This document shows positions 55,215 to 64,000 of a stretch of 64,000 nucleotides of DNA, one piece after another. The position numbers and the translations under genes were made by a program. The notes below the pieces were generated by a model. It had not been told where the DNA came from and did no database searches. It saw only the letters and a list, made by a program, of their open reading frames with translations. The DNA comes from Eledone cirrhosa (lineage: Eukaryota). Location: contig OZ024743.1 in the NCBI GenBank assembly GCA_964016885.1, forward strand, positions 280,178,001 through 280,242,000. The letters run 5' to 3'. Each line of letters opens with the position of its first letter. The stretch's first letter is position 1.

Positions 55215-55900
55215 CACACACACACATATATATACATATATATACATATATATATATATGGATGTTTGTGTGTATAGATGTGTACATGTGTATATGTTTG
55301 TGTTTCACGATTCATTAATTTTTACACGGAATAACAAACTCAAGATGAAATTTTTACTGTTTTTGTTCAAATCAACCATAGCAACACGTAATCTCAAAAT
55401 TAATATAGAATTTTTACTATTATTTTATATACATTTATCATATTGTTATTTTTCATATATATATTTTCCTTTTGTTTTACTATACGTTTCTTTCCTCCAT
55501 GTTGTTATATATTTTTCTCATTTATTTATCTTGATCAAATCAAAATTACATATATTTTAAAAATTGCGACGGGATCAACAGACATGAATTTTGAACGGAT
55601 ACTACTAAATCACATATATATATATATGTATGGACGTGTGTGTGTATATATGTATGTATGTATGTATGGACGTATGTATGTATGTATGTGTTTATGGACG
55701 TACGTATTTACGTATGTATGGATTTATGTATGCAAGTATTAGTGAATGCATGTATGTAAGAGAATATGTGCAAATATATATAATCCTATATGTTTGTGTG
55801 TATTTGGATATGAATCTACATATCCCTAAATATCTACATCTATCTATTTCTCTCTCTATCTCACCATCTATTCATCTCTCTCACTCTCTCTTTCCTTCTC

Positions 55901-55933
<33 letters not shown>

Positions 55934-55949
55934 CTTTCTCTGTATATTT

Positions 55950-56051
<102 letters not shown>

Positions 56052-56119
56052 ACACATATATAGCAATAGTTCCACAACCGTTAATTCACCATTTCCGAGA
56101 TATATAAATATAGATAGAT

Positions 56120-56220
56120 ATGTTTCTTTATTAGCCACAGGGGTACAAAAGAAGGGACAAATACAAAGGGGGAAGTTTACATACAATAAAAACGTGTAAA
56201 AGGTTATCACAAATGCAATT
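56120..56220 (-). mobile_element. Tx1-like LINE 3' UTR tip
   Basis: Reverse complement closely matches 51139-51200 and is followed by tatctatc. Confidence 0.85.
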
Positions 56221-56267
56221 TAAAAAATTAGCCGATAAACATAGATAGATAGATAGATAGATAGATA

Positions 56268-57248
56268 TATTTCTTTTATTTGCCACTAGGGCATCAAAAG
56301 TGGGACAAGTACAAAGGGGGGAGTTTACACAAAAAGGCGTCCTCAATAAGGAGGAGGCAATAACAAAATATAAAAATAAAATAAGATATAACAAAAAATA
56401 AATTTTTAACAAAATCCTCAATAGAGAGGAGGCGCCTTGGGGGGTCGCACACACCCCCGAAAAAGGTGTGCAACCCTTCTCCTCAGGAGCACAGAGAAGG
56501 GGTGCTCCCTTGGTCTTTCATCTTCCTCACCTATAGTCTGATGTAGAGTGAAGGCCCATTCACACGGGCCATTCTCGCCACTTTCACCCATCTTTCATAG
56601 AAACGGCTGGGGTGCAGCACCTCTCTCTCCATCCTGATCCTTCTTCCGAAATGATATCGGAAGAAACGGACCAGTTGTTGGCCAGAGAGAAAGGTGCCCG
56701 ACCTCAGTCCTTTCAGACGCGTCCACCATACAACCTCTTTCGCCATGGCTATTACGCACAGAAACACCGCCTCTGCTTCATCTTTGAAGGGGGGAGGCGG
56801 CTTGATCATTACAATAGACTCGGTGGTCAACCGGATCGGTCCCACCCTTGACAGCAGTTGTTCGACATAGCCCCACAGATCGGCTACGCCCGAGCAGTGT
56901 ACTAATGCGTGTGCAACGGTTTCCTCGTCGCACACGCATCTGGGACAGATCTTTTTGGCGGGGTCCCTACCCGGGCGCCCGTGTCTGTAGAGCCTTTCTC
57001 GAACGGGTAAAGCCCCTCGGTAGCACTGCCAGGCCAGGGACTTCTGGAAGTTGTCCATAGGTCCCGGGCTGAATGTCCTACCGAACAGGCTGGCCAGTTC
57101 GTCCTCCTCCATGTCTAGGGCTTCTCCGAGGGCGTCGTCGCACCTGCTGCGCACCAGCCCTCTATAGAATGTTGCGGTGGAGTCTCCACTGATAACCGGA
57201 TCCGCCTGCCAGAGGGCGGTGAGCGCCTGGGCACACTCAGTGTGCCAG

Positions 57249-57249
<1 letters not shown>
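56268..57249 (-). mobile_element. 5'-truncated Tx1-like LINE inside (GATA)n
   Basis: ORF 56531-57154 is homologous to 50360-50970 with intact CPRC..ETVAHALVHC; (TATC)n on both sides. Confidence 0.92.
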
Positions 57250-57300
<51 letters not shown>

Positions 57301-57301
<1 letters not shown>

Positions 57302-57493
57302 GAAAAAGTATGACCCCCGACGGCAGAGCTTAAGCCGTTTCGACGGCTATTTCTGGTCCAGAAATAGCCGTCGAAACGGCTTGAGCTCTGCCGTCGGAGT
57401 TATACTTTTTCCTATTACCCACTCTACTACCCTAAGTATTGAGTACTCTGGTGCGTTATGGTCCATCTGGTTCTTTACCACAACTCCTTCGTT
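57301..57493 (+). mobile_element. Fold-back half-hammerhead element (2664 family) inside (GATA)n
   Basis: About 56-bp arms centred at 57357, with tail ending ccttcgtt. Confidence 0.85.
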
Positions 57494-57503
57494 AGATAGA
57501 TAT

Positions 57504-57557
<54 letters not shown>

Positions 57558-57558
57558 G

Positions 57559-57612
<54 letters not shown>

Positions 57613-57614
<2 letters not shown>

Positions 57615-57759
57615 TGTTTCTTTTATTTGCCACAAGGGCATCAAAAGTGGGACAAGTACAATGGGGGGAGTTTACAAAACAAGGCGTCCTCAATAGGGAG
57701 GAGGCAATAACAATATATAAAAATAAAATAAAATATAACAAAAAATAGAATTATAACAA

Positions 57760-57762
<3 letters not shown>
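57613..57762 (-). mobile_element. Tx1-like LINE 3' UTR fragment inside (GATA)n
   Basis: Homologous to 56268-56400; (GATA)n on both sides. Confidence 0.88.
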
Positions 57763-57828
<66 letters not shown>

Positions 57829-58057
57829 CTTCTGTATATATATTGATATATATATATATATATACAGAAATGTCTATGTAAGTATGTAGGTATGTGTGCA
57901 TAACTTAATCCTATGTAATACAACTTCAGTGAATATTACATAATTTCAATAACAAAAACAACTAAAATAATTTTTAGATGTGTAAAATAAAAATTTACTC
58001 TACACACACCCACACTCACACACACGCACAGCGACACACCCTCATGGACACACACAT

Positions 58058-58109
<52 letters not shown>

Positions 58110-58115
58110 ATGTTT

Positions 58116-58157
<42 letters not shown>

Positions 58158-58388
58158 GAAACACACAGATATATGCGGACACACACATATATACATGAAT
58201 GCATCCGCACCCAACTGTGAGTTAAGGGTGCCAACTTCACCGATGTTGCTCAATGAATGACTGGGACAGACCAATTCAGTTTGAACCAGACTGAACCAGT
58301 ATCAGAGTTAAAAATACATTATGAAGAGAGAAGAAACATTTAGATATAATTAGTAATAAAATGTATCATACCTAAACTGTTCCTAAAT

Positions 58389-58476
58389 TCCTCGACTACG
58401 TAGTTTCGTGGCATAAACAAAAACAATATATCAAAGATATAGAGTCCTTGCGAGGTCTGCCGACTTATCAAGAGGA
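58389..58476 (-). ncRNA. Type I hammerhead ribozyme (U3-A8), copy 1
   Basis: Minus strand: tcctc-TTGATAA-gt(c)ggca...tgccac-GAAA-ctacgtag-TC-gagga; cleavage predicted between 58394 and 58393. Confidence 0.82.
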
Positions 58477-58979
58477 TACCTCATTTTACTAGTCTCAAGA
58501 ACGCGTCTACACGACGTGAGAAAGAATCCCAAAAGGCGGAGGGGGAGATAGTCACGCGATATAACGGTCGAGAAACAGAGCTAAGCCTCTTATAACCACG
58601 AAGAAAATACCACAGAGGCGGAGGGGGTATTCATATCGAGGCCGTAGAAGAGGTAGTGAAGAAGGCGAGAAGTATGAGTAATGGAAGCTTTCCAGTTGTC
58701 CCCACACCTCAAAGATTGCTCGACCAGAGGGAGTTATTAATATATTTAGAAACACACAGATATATGCGGACACACACATATATACATGAATGCATCCGCA
58801 CCCAACTGTGAGTTAAGGGTGCCAACTTCACCGATGTTGCTCAATGAATGACTGGGACAGACCAATTCAGTTTGAACCAGACTGAACCAGTATCAGAGTT
58901 AAAAATACATTATGAAGAGAGAAGAAACATTTAGATATAATTAGTAATAAAATGTATCATACCTAAACTGTTCCTAAAT

Positions 58980-59067
58980 TCCTCGACTACGTAGTTTCGT
59001 GGCATAAACAAAAACAATATATCAAAGATATAGAGTCCTTGCGAGGTCTGCCGACTTATCAAGAGGA
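58980..59067 (-). ncRNA. Type I hammerhead ribozyme (U3-A8), copy 2
   Basis: Identical to copy 1; cleavage predicted between 58985 and 58984. Confidence 0.82.
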
Positions 59068-59171
59068 TACCTCATTTTACTAGTCTCAAGAACGCGTCTA
59101 CACGACGTGAGAAAGAATCCCAAAAGGCGGAGGGGGAGATAGTCACGCGATATAACGGTCGAGAAACAGAG

Positions 59172-59231
<60 letters not shown>

Positions 59232-59366
59232 TATCAGTGAGAGACATACATACACACATACATACACACACACACATACATACATATACACACACACATA
59301 CATATATACATACACACACACACATACATAGATACATACACACACACACATACATACATACATACA

Positions 59367-59397
<31 letters not shown>

Positions 59398-59399
<2 letters not shown>

Positions 59400-60005
59400 G
59401 GTGGCTGCCAACTCGTTTTCGAGTACGGCCACTACTTTATATCCATGTAGGAGAATCCCTACCGATGCGCTGAACGAGTGTGACTTTTTAGTCCAGTCAG
59501 CGACTTGAAAACTCTGGTACAAACACTACACTTGTGACAATTATTGACACATAGTGCTGGGCCCATGGTACCATGTGACGGCAAGTGCAGAGAGATCTCC
59601 AGATATAAAGCAATGCCTGTGCCGTGAAGCTTTTATAGTGAGCAAAGGCACTGCACAAAGCCAGTCCCACTCTCTTAACCAAGATGATATTTACCAAAAA
59701 GAAGAACAAGTCAACATCATTGGATACCATCAGGGTTGCAGGTGTTATATCAGAGTTTTCCTTCTCCTAGAATTCTGCCTTGACAAAGGCTAAGGGGTCA
59801 TCTCTCCCAGTGATTTTGGATGGCCATTGACTCTTAAGAGCTCCTTTGCCCTTTGACAGGTTTTGTTTTTAGTCCTGCAGGATGTCCAAAGTCACCCTCC
59901 TCACCAAGAAACCTTAGTGGGGTTGCCAGTTTAGTCGCCAACGACCCGACCATGAGACAGGTTGTACTGGGATACATGTTACCAGTAGCACCAAGTGGTG
60001 ACCTG
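59398..60005 (-). mobile_element. RTE-derived bipartite non-autonomous element, probably full length (~610 bp)
   Basis: Extends 35541-35968 by about 195 bp at the 5' end; (ATGT)n on both sides. Confidence 0.78.
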
Positions 60006-60301
60006 ACATACATACATACATACATACATACGTACGTACGTACGTACATACTTACATATATACATACGTACATACATACATAAATACACACATACACATA
60101 CATACATACATACATACATACATACATACATACATACATACATACATACATACATACATACATACATACATACGTTTATGAGCGTGCTTCTTATAGGGGT
60201 ATAGGGCTATATATCTGTGATTATATGTCTTTGAGGAATTTGCTCTTTAGTTGAGTATAGATGTGCATACCCATATATATATGTGTGCGTGTGTGTGTTT
60301 A

Positions 60302-60378
<77 letters not shown>

Positions 60379-60442
60379 TAACAGATGAACATAAATAAAT
60401 GATATAATATATACATATATATTTATATTTATATATATATAT

Positions 60443-60530
<88 letters not shown>

Positions 60531-60622
60531 GTATATATATATGCATACATATACATACATTCATGCATATCTATACATACACATATCCATAAATGCATAC
60601 ATAGATGAATACACGCATATAA

Positions 60623-60701
<79 letters not shown>

Positions 60702-60780
60702 GAATATTTTCGATATATATATATATATATATATATACAATATATTAATAAATGGAAACTATATTTATAAAACCATATTT

Positions 60781-60843
60781 ATTTTATTATACATATTTCA
60801 AGGCAACCAAGGCAAATTATGGTGCGCTTTCATCAGATAAAAT
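60781..60843 (-). ncRNA. Hammerhead ribozyme in left palindrome arm
   Basis: attttat-CTGATGA-aagcgca...tgcctt-GAAA-tatgta-TA-ataaaat. Confidence 0.75.
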
Positions 60844-60999
60844 ACAGATTTGTTTTATAAATAAATATTGACATAGCCGGAAAAAAAGACAACCTTAACG
60901 GTTGGAGCTTCCTGGATAGTGGATATCCAGGAAGCTCCAACCGTTAAGGTCGTCTTTTTTTTCTGGTTATGCCAATATTTATTTATAAAACAAATCTGT

Positions 61000-61063
61000 A
61001 TTTTATCTGATGAAAGCGCACCATAATTTGCCTTGGTTGCCCTTGAAATATGAATAATAAAAT
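61000..61063 (+). ncRNA. Hammerhead ribozyme in right palindrome arm
   Basis: attttat-CTGATGA-aagcgca...tgccctt-GAAA-tatgaa-TA-ataaaat; 7-bp stem I. Confidence 0.75.
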
Positions 61064-61139
61064 AAATATGGTTTTATAAATATAGTTTCCATTTATTAAT
61101 ATATAGTTTCCATTTATTAATATATTGTGTTCAATATAT

Positions 61140-61253
61140 TGAGTTCAAATCCCGCCGAGGTTGACTTTGCCTTTCATCCTTACGGGGTCGATAAAATAAA
61201 GTACCAGTGAGGCACTGGGTAGTTGCTGGCCTTGTGCCTAAAGTAGAAACAAT
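61140..61253 (+). mobile_element. SINE family A, 5'-truncated (short-body variant)
   Basis: Near-identical to 9687-9800. Confidence 0.9.
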
Positions 61254-61355
61254 TAATATATTGTGTATTTACTCCACTAAATTGTTGAGTGCTTTATATC
61301 AGTTATAAAAATGTTTAAGCTTGTTGAATCCTAACAAATTAAATATAACCTCTGC

Positions 61356-61396
<41 letters not shown>

Positions 61397-61520
61397 CATA
61401 CATACATATATACATATATGTGTCAGTATATATGTGCATATTAGAATAAGTTTGTGCCACAGATGGAAACAGCCATGAAAAGCGATGGGAGAGCTGTGTA
61501 TACGTTACATAAACAGCCAC

Positions 61521-61635
<115 letters not shown>

Positions 61636-62046
61636 ATATATGGTGTCTGAGATCAGGCATTTTTCTACCCGTGCATGTTTGCTATATATGTACACACATG
61701 TACACACATTCACTCAAACACATACATACTTACAGAATAACAGAGAAACACACACGTACTTTGGTGTATACGTACACGCATTCGTGCACAATCGTACACT
61801 CATCTCTCTACCCCCTCCCCTCTCTCTCTCTCTATATATATATTACATATATATATATATATATATATTTATATATCTATATTATGAGTATGTGAGACTG
61901 TGTGGCTGTGTGTGGCTGTGTCTGTATGTATAAATATATATATATTTATATACGTGTGTATGTGAGTTTGTATACCCATACATATATCTATATATATATT
62001 ATTTATATATATATATATATATATATTTACATGTGTATGTGTGTAA

Positions 62047-62086
<40 letters not shown>

Positions 62087-62171
62087 GGGGAGAGAGAGAG
62101 ACATATATATTTATATGCGTGTTCGTGTGTTCCTGTGTACGTTTGCGTTTGTGTGTATGTATATGTGTATG

Positions 62172-62248
<77 letters not shown>

Positions 62249-62544
62249 GTGTGTGTGTGTCTGTAGATATATGTATATTTGTGTAAGGCGAAACCGATAC
62301 AAATATATTGAGAGAGTGGGGGGGAGTGTAGAGAGTGAGTGAGTGTATGAGTATGTGAGTGGCAAAGGGTGAGTGGAAGAAATACATAAAAAAGAGAGAG
62401 AGAGATTAAGAGAGAGAGAGAGAATGATGTTGGTCGTGAGAAATCACAATAATACAATATCAAAGGGTTCTTCAAAGGAACATCAAAGACGTGAGAGCTG
62501 GGAAGCCACCCAATCAGACGTTAGAGTCAGAATGATGGTCTGAT

Positions 62545-62546
62545 TA

Positions 62547-62643
<97 letters not shown>

Positions 62644-62662
62644 GGTGGTGGTGGTAGTGGTG

Positions 62663-62736
<74 letters not shown>

Positions 62737-62738
62737 GC

Positions 62739-62782
<44 letters not shown>

Positions 62783-62815
62783 CTAGTAGTAGTAGTAGGA
62801 GGAGTGGTGGTGGTG

Positions 62816-62869
<54 letters not shown>

Positions 62870-62899
62870 CTAGTAGTAGTAGTAGGAGGAGTGGTGGTG

Positions 62900-62961
<62 letters not shown>

Positions 62962-62973
62962 GGTGGTAGTAGT

Positions 62974-63034
<61 letters not shown>

Positions 63035-63073
63035 CGGTGGTAGTAGTAGTAGTAGTAATAGTAGTAGTAGTAT

Positions 63074-63114
<41 letters not shown>

Positions 63115-63115
63115 A
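62545..63115. repeat. (TAG)n/(TGG)n trinucleotide tract
   Basis: Direct observation. Confidence 0.95.
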
Positions 63116-63343
63116 GTCGTCATGGTAAGATGGTGGTGCTGACGATTGTGTTGGGTGGTGGAGAAGAACTACCGTCGTCATAATTGTGATGATGATGATG
63201 GTGGGGGGGAGCTGCTGCTGTTGTTGCTGCTTGTAGTAGTGGTGATGTGGTCTATGACAAACGACAGCGCGAAAGGGAGATAAAGCTGGATGGAAATAAG
63301 GATATATATATCTTCGTGTGTGTGTGTGTGTGTGTGTGTGTAC

Positions 63344-63376
<33 letters not shown>

Positions 63377-63381
63377 ATATA

Positions 63382-63520
63382 CTGCATCCAGCCGTAGAAA
63401 ACCTGCCAGACAGTCCTATACGAGCAAGGCAACCAATCTTGCCTCAAGTGGGACAATTCCCGTCTAAACCCATGCTAGCGTGGAAGATAGACGTTATACG
63501 GTGATGATGATGATGATGAT
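63382..63520 (+). mobile_element. 3' part of a third SINE-like family with (GAT)n tail
   Basis: gcatccagccgtagaaa...aacccatgctagcgtggaagatagacgtta followed by (GAT)n. Confidence 0.6.
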
Positions 63521-63530
63521 ATATATATAT

Positions 63531-63577
<47 letters not shown>

Positions 63578-64000
63578 TACAGAGAGAGGGGGGAGCTAGA
63601 AGGAAGACCGTGTTGTGTGAGATGGGATGTTAGAGATGTTTTAGCATGAGAGCCTTTGCTGGAATACGGTCTACCGATGGATGCTATAGCGTGGGAGATT
63701 CTAGAGAGAGTAGGGCAATCCAGCATATCTGGATAGAAGTTGAAGGAATTAGATCAACTAAATTCCCAGCGTTTCTACCAAATATTGGATGATGTTGATA
63801 GACACCAGGTTATATATATATGTGTGTGTGTGTGTCTGTGTGTGTGTGTGTGTGTAGAAAAGGGTAAACGGAAGCAACTAAGCAAACAATATAGTATAAT
63901 GAAGGAATATGTTAGTTTAACACTAGTCCTTCATCAATAGATAAAATGAGAAATAAAAGGTGAAATAGAAATAAATAAATATATATATATATAAATATTC

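Larger units (their letters stand above)
58151..59174 (-). mobile_element. Retrozyme-like or PLE partial tandem: 591-bp period, 1.7 copies, one hammerhead per copy
   Basis: 58151-58583 matches 58742-59174 with no differences seen; flanked by (TA)n; no credible ORF. Confidence 0.8.
60737..61105. repeat. About 180-bp-arm palindrome with 5-nt spacer
   Basis: Arms meet at cctggata-gtgga-tatccagg (spacer 60919-60923). Confidence 0.95.

Noticed and set aside
62633-63183. Poly-Val and poly-Leu ORFs
   Set aside because: (TAG)n/(TGG)n repeat artefacts.

Overview
AT-rich, microsatellite-dense eukaryotic DNA, probably intronic or intergenic. The SINE and LINE families resemble those of octopus or another coleoid cephalopod (inference from sequence recognition). 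I found no credible host protein-coding gene; almost all long ORFs in the track are translations of simple repeats. The window contains: a 5'-truncated Tx1/L1-type LINE with a 16-bp TSD plus several more 3' fragments; two decayed Penelope-like elements (PLEs); CR1-like, R4/Dong-like and RTE-derived relics; many tRNA-derived SINE copies; a probable Helitron; and a 5.6-kb compound minisatellite. The main hidden signal is a dense set of type I hammerhead ribozymes (HHRs): about 11 complete or near-complete motifs plus many half motifs, folded by eye. They sit in short elements embedded in (TA)n tracts, often inside fold-back palindromes. One locus (58151-59174) carries two identical intact HHRs 591 nt apart, a retrozyme-like arrangement that could release a 591-nt RNA monomer. 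Different retroelement classes also appear to associate with different microsatellites, and the main SINE shares its 3' tail with the Tx1 LINE.
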